A DNA stretch of 64,000 bases from the human T2T-CHM13v2.0 reference genome, Homo sapiens (GCF_009914755.1 NC_060927.1), one strand, 5' to 3'. Counted from the stretch's first letter, positions 17,029-29,820 are shown. Made by a program: numbers and translations. The notes: a model not told the origin generated them from the sequence alone.

Positions 17029-17121
17029 ATAGATAGATAGATAGATAGATAGATAGGGAATATATATCTATAATTTCCATGTGTGTGCGTGTGTGTGTGT
17101 GTGTGCACGCGCGCACATATG
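17029..17121. repeat. (ATAG)7 microsatellite followed by a (TG)n/(CG) alternating purine-pyrimidine tract
   Basis: Read directly from the sequence. Confidence 0.9.
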
Positions 17122-19659
17122 GAAGTTGCGAGTCAGCCTTTTTGCCCTCATCCTTTTCTATATACTGCCTGAAAAGCAGACATGATGATTAGCCCTCTTG
17201 AGAGACAAATGAAAGGTCCAGGAAATCGCAAACCTTAACCAAAAGAATGCAAATATGTTCATCTTTGTGCTACTGAACCAACTACTACCTCCTGAATCCT
17301 TTTAGATTAAAAAAAAAAACAAAATTCCTTCTAGTCTAGACTGTTATTAATTCATAGCTGGTATAACACCTTGCTTTCTGAGGCCATCATTTTCAAGGAT
17401 AACCATATTCTCCCTCTACACTGTTCTGTGGCTTGGGCTGGATGAATCATGGCTGGTCTGACACACTGTAGCATTCTTTCAGTTCCAAGCTTGTAAAATA
17501 TTCAACCTTTGAACATTTTGCTTCTGGAACTTTAAAGGGCAGAGAAAAACAGAAGCATGAGTTACTTTGGGGTAGCGATTTATTTATTCTACTTACCTTA
17601 CATTAGAGCCAATAGATCACATGGCTTTGATTATTCCCAAAATGGTTCATACTTGGGTAGATATAACTGGGTAGCCTTCTATAAATATGGACACAGGCGA
17701 CAGTAACACATGAGTAGTATTTTGACAAAAAAGCTATAAAGAAGTAAATATTTCTTCTCTAGCATAAAGTTAAATTTAAAAAATGTAATTATCTGATCTA
17801 AAAATCCCACACATCCCAGAGATTATTTAATAGGAGACCTCCAACACTAAAATTTGCTGAGAGAGTGCCTGGCCTAGTGACTGGTATATATTAAATGCCA
17901 AAACATTTGCTAAATGAATGAGAGCACTATGAAGTGTGTGCAAAGCAGAGTAGCAGGATGTTCACCATAACAGGAAATTAGCATATTTACAGAATTTCAG
18001 GCCCATCGTGAAATAAAACAATCAGCTGGTTGTGAGATAAAACTAATTTAGCTTCTGATAATTTAATCAACAATAAACTGGGCCATTAAATTAATGAATT
18101 TAAATGTTACAATTTCCTTTAAAGAAGAATGCAATGCTACCCTGTATTAGTTAAACAGCCTATGGATGCACCCAGTTATTCCATGCTAATAATATTTTGC
18201 AAAGAGCTATAAAAATTCTGAAGCAACCTCAACAGTCTTCAAAGGATAAGGGTATTTAGGTCTAAACTTGCAGCAGGTAGTAATTTTTAACTAGATGATT
18301 TAGAAACTACTGAAAAAAAACAGATTAGTGATCTGGGTGTTACCCAATAGTTTTTTCTCTCTCCAAATGTAGGATGTTCTCCAGTCAATTTATTACAGCC
18401 TGAGTTGCAACTAATTCTTTGGAGATAGTGAAACATCATCAAAAATAAATTGCGTCCTTCTCAGTAATTTTTTAAAATTAATGTAAAGTACAAGATAATT
18501 TGAAACCTAATTTCTCTGAGAACGCCAACTATCTGGTGTCTGTCAATTAACACCTGGCCTGGATTTGTATCTGAGATTTAGACTTTAAGACAAGAATAAG
18601 GAACATTTACCATGTGTCCAGGACACTCCGAATATTAACAGAATATAACAAAAATCTTGAAATTGAAATTAACTTGTCTCTCATCAGATATAATTTTAAT
18701 GAAAAAATTAAAGATTTTTAAAAACCTTTAGAAGTTGACATAAGAGTAAGTCACACATTACACTACAGAGAATCACTATAATGATACAGCATGAATTTAA
18801 AACTGGGTCCTGGCACAGTGAGATCATTTATTTCTGAATGTATACATCTAAGTGTATATATGGTGTTTCATCAAACAACTATTGTATATACATATAAGAA
18901 AGTTTAAAACCTCTGGAATGGTAGATATTAGGGCAAAAAATAATGACCATTTGGGTCATGTTAGAAAAACCTGATGGAATCGTGCAAGTACTATCTGACA
19001 AAATTACTGGATTAGTACTGAAGACTGAATGGTAAAACTTACACCAAAAAGAATTTTTCATTTTGTAGCCACTATTTTAAAATGTCAACACAAACTAAGA
19101 AAATTCTCCTGAAAGGTAACATAATACTTAAGTACAATGACGGCTAACCATAAACCCTTTGAATTTCAAGGTCTAGAAGGTGATGTCTATCACTGAAAAA
19201 AACCCACAAACATTAGTGCTGCGGCTGTTATGACCTAGCCTTATCAATACCAATGCTTGGTGTGGCAGTAAACACACAGGAAGTTCAGGCTGGGCACCTG
19301 AGACAGTTACATCCTGGACACTTACCAAAGGTTCATGAGCCTTTTAGCTTCTTTCCATCCTCCTACACTTATAAACCCTTGTTCAGTTAACCCAGAAAAC
19401 TTATCTTTACCTCAAAAAATGGCTCATAAATTCAAAAGTAATACTAGTCTCAAACCAAAGCAAGAAAAAGGAAATCTGTCTATATTTTAAGTGAAGTTAA
19501 CACTAGAAGGAATGATGTCTCAAATACTAAAGGTTTTTGCAACGTACCTCCAAAATTTCTACCCAAATGTTTCCATTGAACCCCAGCCTCCCCAAGTGAA
19601 TTTTCGATAATTTAAAATAAATGATTATTTTATCTTACTTTTCCTCAAAAGTATTCTAC

Positions 19660-20150
19660 AGTAAGGTCTTGAAAAGACATCTGCACACCCATGTTCACAG
19701 CAGCACTATTACAATAGCTAAGTGGTGGAAGCAACTCAAAGGTCTGTTGACGAATGGATAAGCAAAATGCTTACACATGCAATGGAACGTTATTCCGCCT
19801 TAAAAAGGAAGGAAATTCTATCATATACTACAACATGGATGAACCTTGAAGACAGTATGCTAACTGAAATAAGCCAGTCACAAGAAGATAAACACTATAT
19901 GATTCCACTTATATGGAGTATCTAAAGTGGTTAAATTTCTAGAAACTGAAAATAAAATGGCAGTTACCAGGGACTGGGGGAAGAGGAGAAAGGGAAGTTA
20001 TTGTTTAACGGATACAGAGTTCCAGATTTGCAATATGAAAAAGCTCTAGAGATCACCTTCACAATGTTGTGTACCTACCTAACACTACTAACACTGAAAA
20101 ATGGTTAACATGGTAAATTTTATGTTATATGTTTTTACCACAATAAAACA
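19660..20150 (+). mobile_element. L1MA/MB 3' end
   Basis: catctgcacacccatgttcacagcagcac...caacatggatgaaccttgaagac...caataaaa. Confidence 0.85.
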
Positions 20151-21049
20151 AATGGTATTGTTTTTCTGATACTCATCAATACCAAGCATTCAGTGAAATT
20201 AAAAATTTTATCTACATTATGAATTACATATGGATTCTAACATGGGAATTTTTTACTTTTTGAGATAACACAGACTTTTGCTTTTCTTTAAACTCCTCCA
20301 CCCTTTGCCCCTTTTAAAAATGAGAACAAAAATGACATGGTGAGTACGGGTCTCCAACTGAAAAAGAAAAATCCAGTTATGTAGGAATGTTAGTTCTAAG
20401 TGAAAATCAATTCCATACAACTCTAGATGAGATATTTCCTCAGAAAGCACTGGAAGAAGAGTTACTAACACATTCTCCTCTTTATCAAGGAATAATCTTG
20501 GCTATAACTAAAAACTAAAAAACAGCCCAATAGAGAGAAATATAATAACCTCAGTTTGAAAGATAGAATCACACTCAAATAACTGCAATTTTTAATTTCA
20601 CTGAATGCTTCAATCTATGTATGATTCTGAGAGTAACATTTCACATTCAGAATTTAAATTAATTCTTAATTAACAATAAGTAGTTTCATGTTTGTTTTTA
20701 ATTATTTCTAAGCTGTTATTTCAAACAAACAATATCACATTCTTGAAGGCAGACCTCTTACTTTTATCTCCCTAGAGGTTAGTCCAGTGCCTAGCATAAA
20801 ATGATGCTAAACAAATGTTTCTTTCAAATAACTGTATAAGAATACCTGATTTTTAGCAATGTATAAAACTTTATTGAAACTAAGCACTTGTTTTCTCCAC
20901 TTCTGTAGAATGAGCTATCAAGCATAACCAAGGTGATTAGTTCCACGATTTTATGCTCACCTCTACCAGTTACCCTTTCCTGCTCCCAAGCACTGACTCA
21001 CTCCTATCACTCCTAATCACCCGCAACCCTATGGCAATCATGCCAAAGC

Positions 21050-21348
21050 TTCTTTTTTTTTTTTTTTTTGAGACAGGGTCTGGCCCTGTTGCTCAGGCTG
21101 AGAGTGCCATAGCACGATCTCAACTCACTACAACCTCCGCTTCACAGGTTCAAACGATTCTTGTGCCTCAGCCTCCCAAGCAGCTGGAACTACAAGCGTG
21201 TGCCACCATGCCCAGTTTATTTTCGTATTTTCCGTAGAGACAGGGTTTCACTATGTTGCCCAGGCTGGTCTCAAATTCCTGAGCTCAAGCGATCTGCCTG
21301 CCTCGCCTCCCAAAGTGCTGGGATTACAGGCATGCACCAGCATGCCTG
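21050..21348 (-). mobile_element. Alu (J/S)
   Basis: Antisense dimer with poly-T. Confidence 0.88.
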
Positions 21349-21888
21349 GATGCTTCTTCACTCTCAAATCTCCAGTACCTTTCTCTACTTCCTTACTTTT
21401 GTGGTACCTTGCTCTATTTTTCTGCAAAGACTGAAACCCACGATTTCCCTCTTCGTCACTTCAGCATTTCTGTTTTCACCCTGCTCTTCTCTGGATTCAA
21501 TGGATACAAGTCTTCCCCTTTTTCACCCAGGTTCTCTGTCATTATTTCTACTTTAGTAGAATTGGTATCCTCACCTGGCTCATCTTCAAGAAATTATCCT
21601 AGGAAGCACAAACCAACCCAATTTCTATTAGTTCCTTCTCCTCTCAGCCTCCAAAGTACTTAATGTGTATCATATTGAGTATCATATCCCAGCTAATTAC
21701 ATCTGACCTTTAGGATATGTCTTATACTACTGTTCTTTTTATCTATGTCTTTATTGCCAAAAATGATATTTATAATTATTTTGGGGCAAAGATTGTCTTT
21801 TGCTTTACCACATGAAAAAGGTCTGTTTACCATGTGCCATTCAAATATTTTTTGATAATGAAATAAGTTTGCTCAAAAATGAACTTTT

Positions 21889-22030
21889 CAGCTGGGCACA
21901 GTGGCTTATGCCTGAAATCCCAGTGCTCTGGGAGGCTGAGGTGGGAGCATCACTTGAGGCCAGGAGTTCGAGACCAGCCTACGGAACATTGTGAGACCCT
22001 GTATCTACAAAAATAAAAAATAAACCAAAA
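21889..22030 (+). mobile_element. Alu left monomer (FLAM_C-like)
   Basis: Single arm. aaaaatgaactttt occurs on both flanks (TSD). Confidence 0.8.
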
Positions 22031-22609
22031 ATTTTAAAAATGAACTTTTCTATGACTCCCATTGTATTCATCATTGTACTGAACATACTGACCCTTTCAC
22101 TTGACTTTATTTAATGTATTTATTTTTCTCATTCTCTTACATAACATCTCTAATTTCTTTTCTTTCAGTTTCAACATCAGTTACTAAGGCTGGCACTTTC
22201 TATTAATAATAAAAATGGTCACGATTCTTGAATATCCAATTCCTGCCAGATACTATGCTAGATAATCTACACATATTAACTCTAATCTTCACAATAATCA
22301 TGCATTTTACAGAGGAGGAAACTGAGGCTCAAAGGGATTAAGTACCTTGTCCTCCAGTCTTTCTCCCTCCAATCGGTCTTCTACCCTTCAGCCAAAGTGA
22401 TCTTCCTACAACCAAATCTAATCATGTTATTTCCCTCACCTAAAGCTCTTTAAGGCTTCCTACTGTCTTAATGTCTAGATTCCTTAACTAGGCCTAAGGT
22501 AACCTTCAGGATACCTCTTTTCTTACCACTCCTGACACCAACTTCTTTCAGTTCTTGGACCATGCCATGCTTTCTCCTTTTGCCTCTGGACTTGGCATGG
22601 AGTGCCCTT

Positions 22610-23690
22610 ATTCATCCACTCAACAAACATGTGGCATGTGCCAACTATGTGCCTGGCATTGTACTAGCAGCTGGGCACATGGTAGAGAATGAAACAGACA
22701 TAGGTCCTGCCCTCAAGGTACTTATGATCTAATGGAAAAAACAAATAATAAATAATTACAGATTGTAGTAAGTAAAATGACAGAAGCAGGATGCTGTATT
22801 CCAGAACATCTAGGGTTGGGGGGTGCAAGAGAAATCACAGTGACTGTTTTAAATAGTTTGATCTGGTAAGGTCTCAGGTGGTGACATACTTTAAAAGCTA
22901 AAGATTAAGCCAGCTATGTGAAAAGCCAAAGGGGAGGTGAGTGACAAGAGATCCTGCTAAAGACATCAGCAGAGCCCAGACCAAGGATTATTACAGGCCA
23001 CGGTTAAGAATCTGGGTTTTATTCTAACTTCTAAGGGCAATGTAATTCGCTGAAGAATTTTACATAAGGAAGAGTCACTTTTTGCTGCAGAGTGGAGAAG
23101 GGATTAGAGGGGCACAGAATAGAAAACAGAGACACAAGTCAGTCAGGAAGATACAGTAGTAGTTGAGGTGAGAAAATGTGGATGATTTGAAGTACGGTCT
23201 GATAGTGAAAGGAAAAAAGTAGACAGATTAGATGCAGAATTGACCTGACTTGCAAAGTCATTACCTGAAATTAAGAAAGAGGCAGAGAGAGGTTATAGAG
23301 TTTGGGAATTTGTCATTGGAGAACGTTAGCAGGCTCACTAGAGAAACAGAGGATCAGAGGGATCTCAAGCCCATACTGACTGAATATTCAAGAGTTTGGC
23401 CATTTTCACTTTATACGGTCATCAGTTTGTGCAGGACTTTTTCCAGCAAAGTTCAGGCCCACGGGTGCAGGTACAAAGAGGGCAAAAGGTTGACTTCATC
23501 CAGAGTAAGAGTTTTGTCAGAAAAAAGTGCAGGAAGGGACAAGAGAATTTTTCAAAGGAACGACATACATTCTGGATAAGGGGGTGCAGTGGATAGAAAA
23601 TGGAAAGATCAATGCAATGGAGGTATAGATGAAGGTCAAGAATTGTCTCCCTGGTAGAAAGTGGTCAGATAGTAGGAGGCTATAATTTGT
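22610..23690 (-). mobile_element. L2 fragment
   Basis: attcatccactcaacaaacat...ggtcctgccctcaagg...gggttttattctaa. Confidence 0.65.
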
Positions 23691-23837
23691 TTCTTCTGCT
23701 TGGAATGGGCATCTCCCCCTTCAGCAAACTGTTTGACCCCTAAATACATCCATCCTTTTCTGCTCCCTGACTTCCTGAACCCCAGCACCACTCCCTGAGT
23801 TTGTCACCATCTCATCCAATCAGAAAGGCCCACCTCA

Positions 23838-24131
<294 letters not shown>

Positions 24132-24805
24132 TTATGTTCTCCCCACTGAGATCCCTCCTCCTAACAACCCTCACAGAGTGTACTACTGGTAGAATAGTTC
24201 AGGTGACCACATAGTAAGTCATTCTTTTTCCTTTCTAGGCTCCTTTGGAAAAGGTATTGTTATAAATATTCAAAAGTCTCTGGATCCTGCGACAGTATTC
24301 AGAACACAGCCCTGCACGGTGCAATCATTCAATAAATAATAACAGGGATCTCAGGCTCATGGGCCTCCAAACCTCATCCCCACTTGCTAAACCAGGGTTC
24401 ACTGAAATAGAATAAAAGCGCATAATCCCTGTTCACAAAAGTCTCAGATAACTTCCATTAATCTCAAAGGTTGCCTTCAATTTCACAAATTTAATTTTAA
24501 TCCCCTCTAAACGTTCAAAACACCTCTATTTAGCTAATGATGGGCAAATATAAAACAAAACAAAACAAAAATAACACCCCATGCGTGAAACAGCACTCGT
24601 AGGCTACCCTACGACGATCAAAAATCTGGATGCCACAATTCGAGAAATGCCACGCTCACTAGAAAATATAGATTTTTCTTCATAGTCTAATGCAAGGCCA
24701 GAGAGACCTGGGTTGGGGCTAAGGCAAACGGCCCCACGAGGGGTGCCACGAGAGTCAACTGGCATTGGGTTTGTACTCAGGGTCGGACCTCAGCCTGGCA
24801 CCTAC

Positions 24806-24869
24806 CTTCCTCCCCTCCAGCCCCAGCCGCAACGATCACAGGAGTGGTCGCCTCGGAGCCTGCTGCCAT
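24806..24869 (-). CDS. HSPBAP1: HSPBAP1 coding exon 1 (64 nt from ATG)
   Basis: gccATGG Kozak context on the - strand (CAT at 24867-24869). Encodes MAAGSEATTPVIVAAGAGGEE(G). Donor GAAG|gtaggt. Phase fits exon 2. Lies in a CpG-rich region. Confidence 0.95.
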
Positions 24870-25026
24870 GGCTACCGCAAGGCCGGTTCTGCCGGAACCC
24901 AAGGCGGAGCGGAGCTGGGGTGGGGTCAGAGTAGGGGCCAAACTCCGAGACCCGAAGCTGCACCACAGGAAGAAGCCCCGGCGACTCCCGCCCGGCTCCT
25001 ACGGAAACGCCGGCTCTCACGTGGAG

Positions 25027-25036
25027 GTCACGTGAC
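25027..25036. promoter_or_regulatory. Perfect palindromic GTCACGTGAC (CLEAR / MiT-TFE / USF E-box)
   Basis: Exact 10-bp match to the CLEAR consensus. Occupancy is inferred, not shown. Confidence 0.65.
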
Positions 25037-25939
25037 GGATGCTGGGCGGGACCACGCAGCTTTGTTTTGATACCCCGGGTGTGGAAATACAAACACGTGG
25101 TCTGAGTTGTGGCGCTTTTTACCTAACCCGGACCTTAGCGTTCTTTATTGTAGTCTTAGCTTCGTTTCTGTTTCTCCTTTTCTAGTCAGATCCTTCCTTT
25201 CCACCTCGGCTTTTCTCCACCCTAAAGGATTGGAGTTTTAGGGGAAGGTTTGCCGCTTAGTGGGGCTCCGGCGGTGGGATGGGTCTCTGCCGTGAGCTTT
25301 CGCGAGCCGCTCTTGGCAGCCTGGAATGCGAGGCTAGCTCACGCTTCTCTTACACCTCTCTTGCCCTTCTGGTGGTAACCTGACTCCTTCTGATTTTAGT
25401 GGCTGCCGGGAAATACGAACCTCGGGCAAAGAATCCTGTGATTGCGTTCCCTGTGACTCATTTCCCGATCCAGACAAGCCAAATTGCTTGACTTTAGGTT
25501 TTCAAGGACACTAATCCACAGCTGTCAGGCTTCTGAATTTGTATACCAAAATAAACAAACAGCTGTGTGAAGAGATCAACAACCACCTTTCTTCTCGTTT
25601 ACCCTGTGGTCAAATCATAATCACTGGAGATGGATCTTTGGGGCAAAAATCTTCCAACTTTACTGGACATACCTTTATTGCTCGCCTATTGGCAGGCGAA
25701 ATGGGTAAAGTTTACATATATATGAATGAAATTGGCTAGTTTGGAATCTCCTCTTTGGATATGTAAGACAAAAAAGTAACAAAAATAGGTAGTACTTATT
25801 GCACGTAAGAAATGATTTTTATGAGATAATCCCCTGGGACCAACTACGCTTAAACTTTATCCTTCGCCTATAATTTCTGAAGTTACTAACTCAACAAAAA
25901 TGAGAATAAGCCCAAAATAGAAGCAAGCATCAGGTTAAC

Positions 25940-25947
25940 TGACGTCA
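25940..25947. promoter_or_regulatory. Full cAMP response element TGACGTCA
   Basis: Exact CRE palindrome with an intact CpG, about 440 bp upstream of the SLC49A4 ATG. Confidence 0.55.
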
Positions 25948-26059
25948 CTTAACAGGTCACTGAGTTGTTTATTAGGCACAAGATTTAACTTGGACACTTC
26001 CTCCAAACACCCCAGGGTTCCTTGCCCAACCTCCTCGAATACAGCCTCTCTGGGAGTTT

Positions 26060-26830
26060 CCCTCTCCCCGACTCAGCCGCGCTGGTCCCTGCCTTTTCAG
26101 CGCTACCTGCCCTCCGTCTGGGACCTGGCTCCTTTCCTCTCGCCGGTGTTTCCTCGCCACCCGCGGAGGGGAGGGCGGACCCCAGCCTCCTTGCCGCCTG
26201 CCCCGCCTCCCCGCCTCCCCGCCGGCCCGGCTCGGGCCGCGCAGGCGCACCAGGCGCGGTCCGGAGGCCGAGGGCGACCACAGCAGCCTCCGCCTCCTGC
26301 TGCTCCGGACTATTCTGCGCTGGGCTAGTCGGCGGTGACCCGGACTGCGCCCGGCAGTGGCTTCGCGGGCGACGCGTCGCCATGGGCTCTCGCTGGAGCA
26401 GCGAAGAGGAGAGGCAGCCGCTGCTGGGGCCCGGGCTCGGGCCTGGGCTGGGGGCCTCCTGGAGAAGCCGGGAGGCGGCGGCGGCGGCGCTGCCCGCGGC
26501 GGTCCCGGGTCCCGGGCGGGTATACGGGCGCCGCTGGCTGGTGCTGCTGCTCTTCTCGCTGCTGGCGTTCGTTCAGGGCCTGGTCTGGAACACCTGGGGT
26601 CCCATCCAGAACTCGGCGCGCCAGGCCTACGGCTTCTCCAGCTGGGACATCGCGCTGCTCGTGCTGTGGGGGCCCATCGGCTTCCTGCCCTGCTTCGCGT
26701 TCATGTGGCTCCTGGACAAGAGAGGTGAGGGGTCGCGGAGCGCCAGCCCGCGCTGTCTCTCCTCCGGGAGCAGGCGCCTGCCCGCGCTCCAGGCCTGCCA
26801 GCCGCCTCCCTTGGCCCCGGCATAGGGGTT
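26060..26830. promoter_or_regulatory. CpG island of SLC49A4 with tandem Sp/KLF GC boxes
   Basis: Very GC/CpG-rich. Three tandem CCCCGCC boxes at 26201-26223. No obvious TATA box. Confidence 0.85.
26382..26724 (+). CDS. SLC49A4: SLC49A4/DIRC2 coding exon 1 (343 nt), lysosomal MFS transporter
   Basis: gccATGG start. Encodes [15 protein letters not shown] (ExxxLL dileucine lysosomal sorting motif)...[29 protein letters not shown] (FLVCR/SLC49 TM1 signature)...WLLDKR(G). Donor AGAG|gtgagg. Confidence 0.97.
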
Positions 26831-27596
26831 GTGTGAGGTGATAGAGTGTTGCTAGCATTCCATTTCTGACTTAGGAACCCTCCGTCCCCAAAGCGACAAA
26901 TATGGAAAGGCAACCTTGCAAATATTTATGTTTTTTATCAAGGCCCTTTATGCAACACCAGGGATTTAAGCGATCTCTAAACGTTCAAGTTTTTACACAT
27001 TGTGAACATCAGAGCATCCCCGTGCACGTGCGGTGTATGTGTTTTACACCTGACAAAAATGACTGATGCTTTGACTTCAAAGGGATATGGGGATGTTGAG
27101 GATGAAAGGTCGGAAAATAGATTGACGGTGCCCATATGTAAGGAAATAATGAGTTCGTTTTGTGTAATAGATGACTCCAGCCCAGGAAGAGCTATTGGGA
27201 AACTCAGATCTGACACTTTGGTTTCTGGAAGGTGGTGCTCGGCAGCTTTAAAATGTGTGTATGTGACTAGATGGCTTTCTCAGTTGAGATTTGTGACTTT
27301 CAATTAAAGCTTGCAGATGAGTGAAGATGCTTGCTTAGAATGGTACCCTGGACATCTCACTTTACCACTTGCCAGTGTGATTCTCTGAGAAGAAAAAGCC
27401 ATAGGGCTGAGAATCAAGGCATACTTACCACATAAGTATGGATAAATGATTAGTAGTGACAGTCTACCCTCAAGAGGCTGTTGTGCAAGATTTTATATTT
27501 ATTAATTGAATAATGCCTGGGAGCTACTTTGTACAGTTTCTGTTCAACCTTTTATAAGTTTTGTTGCAATGAGTTCTTTAGTCAGATTTGGAAGGT

Positions 27597-28129
27597 TGTC
27601 TTAGTCCACTGGAGCTGCTATAACAAAATACCATAAACTGGGTAGTTCATAAACACAGAAATTTATTTCTCACAGTTCTGGAGGCTGGGAAGTCCAAGAT
27701 GAAGGCTCAGGCAGAATCGGTGTCGGGTGAGGGCCTGCTTCCTACACAGTGGTCTCTTCACTATAACATAAGATGGAAGAAGGGGTTAGGGAATCCCTCT
27801 GAGGTCTGTTTTATACGGGCAGTAATCCTATTCACATGGGTTCCACCCTCATAACCTAATCACCTTCCAAAGGCTGCACCTTCTTATTCCATCATTTTGA
27901 GGGTTAAGATTTCAAAATGTGAATTTGAGGCCTGGCGCAGTGGCTCAAGTAATCCCAGCACGTTGGGAGGCTGGGGTGGGAGGATTGCTTGAGCTCAGGA
28001 GGTCGAAGCTGGAGTGAGCTGTGATGGCACCACTGCACTCTGCCCTGGTCAACAGGGCAAGACTCGTCTCAGAAAAATTAATACATAAACAAAATATGAA
28101 TTTGAGGGGAACACATTCAGACCTCAGCA
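27597..28129 (-). mobile_element. MLT1A-like MaLR solo LTR, split by an Alu monomer (FRAM-like, + strand, ~27929-28090)
   Basis: tgtcttagtcc...gctgctataacaaaataccataaactggg...cacattcagacctcagca. The monomer is flanked by aaaat(g/a)tgaatttga. Confidence 0.8.
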
Positions 28130-28884
28130 AAAGTCAAGTGTAGGTAGGTATAGAATTGCAATTGTCTGGCATGTAGTTAGCACTCAAAATTAGTTGGTTA
28201 TTAAGAGAATAGAATAGCAGGGTGATGTTAGTAGTTATACTTCCTTCTCTCCTCCTTCACTGGAATTCCTTCATTGGAATCCATGTGAAAAAGACTAAGG
28301 AATAGTTGATTGTGAATTCCTTAATGATCAACAATATAATGTAGCTGCTAAAAAAGAAAGGACAGTTTAGGCATAGAAACATAGTGTCCAAAACAAGCAA
28401 AATAGTTTGATAGGCTCTACATTAGTGTTTAGTTCTGAGCTTGATTCTGAGAAGGCCATTTGACAAACTGCAGAACTTTAAAGGTTCTGCGACAAGAATG
28501 ATAAAGGGTATAAAAATCATGATGTGTAAAATGAAGGGAACTTGTGTGTATCACACTTCAAAAAGAAACTTGAGGCAAGATATAGACTATGTGAAGATCA
28601 AGTCAAAGAGGAATTCGACTTATGTGTTGTTCTAGGAGGAAGAACTAGACTGAGTCAAGTTACAAAGAAATGTAACTCAAAGCAATACAAGGAAGAACCT
28701 TCTAACAAAGATACCCAGCCCTGAATGGGTGTGTCTTGACTGCTGTAGAACTTCCAGCTAGAGCAAATACTTTTGCAGAGGATGTGTGCTAGATGCCGAA
28801 GAAGGGCTTCTCCTACCAAAGGGAGATTTTCTTTGGGTTATTGTTGTTTGCTTTTAAACTAAATATTGATTTTCTCTGGGTTTC

Positions 28885-29204
<320 letters not shown>

Positions 29205-29818
29205 CTATAATCAATGTTACAATAATATTTTTTTAAAAAGAAAAAAGATTGTATTTGTTTCCACTGATGTATTTTTCTTCTGTTCCAGGATTCGGTCTAG
29301 GGTCCTCTGTTACATTTAGTTGTAATTTCTCTTTAGTTTCCTCCAATCTGTGATAATTCCTTGGTCATTCCCTTAACAAGGTTGGCTAAATTCAGGGGAA
29401 AATGCTGTGTTATAGTTTCTTTTTATTTTTATCAGGAGCATTTTTCAATATTATTCCCCAAATTTAGCCAACCTTGTTTTTTATGGTAGAAAAATGTTAA
29501 TTTGCACCCTTCTTATTATAATTGTACCTACTATCCATGGCAGGATAAATTAGAAACTACCCATTCACTTTATAAAATAAGGTACTTTAGTTCTTCAGTA
29601 GTTCTTGTGACTATATGGTGAATTCAATTTTATATTTTCCTTTGGTTGAAGCAATAAAAAATACATTTAAAAATTCTCTTTATTAGGAAGTAGTTTTCAT
29701 TTTTAGTAGAAGAAAGCAAATACACTTTTATATGCTGGCTTTCCTGCTACAGGTGTTCCATCTACGCACGTAGAAAGCAGGTTCTTTCTTGCTTCTGGCA
29801 TCCTTGGGTACTAAAATA

Positions 29819-29820
<2 letters not shown>

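Larger units (their letters stand above)
24700..25340. promoter_or_regulatory. CpG-rich promoter/first exon region of HSPBAP1
   Basis: High GC and CpG density around the ATG. E-boxes CACGTG at 25018, 25029 and 25094. GC box GGGCGG near 25044. Confidence 0.8.

Noticed and set aside
26022-26381. 120-codon in-frame open extension upstream of the SLC49A4 ATG (ORF 26022..26825)
   Set aside because: It starts at TTG, probably upstream of the TSS. Stop-poor frames are expected in a GC-rich island, and I see no in-frame CTG in good context close to the ATG.
25972-26913. Several antisense and alternative-frame ORFs over the CpG island
   Set aside because: Low-complexity products of high GC content with no recognisable domain.
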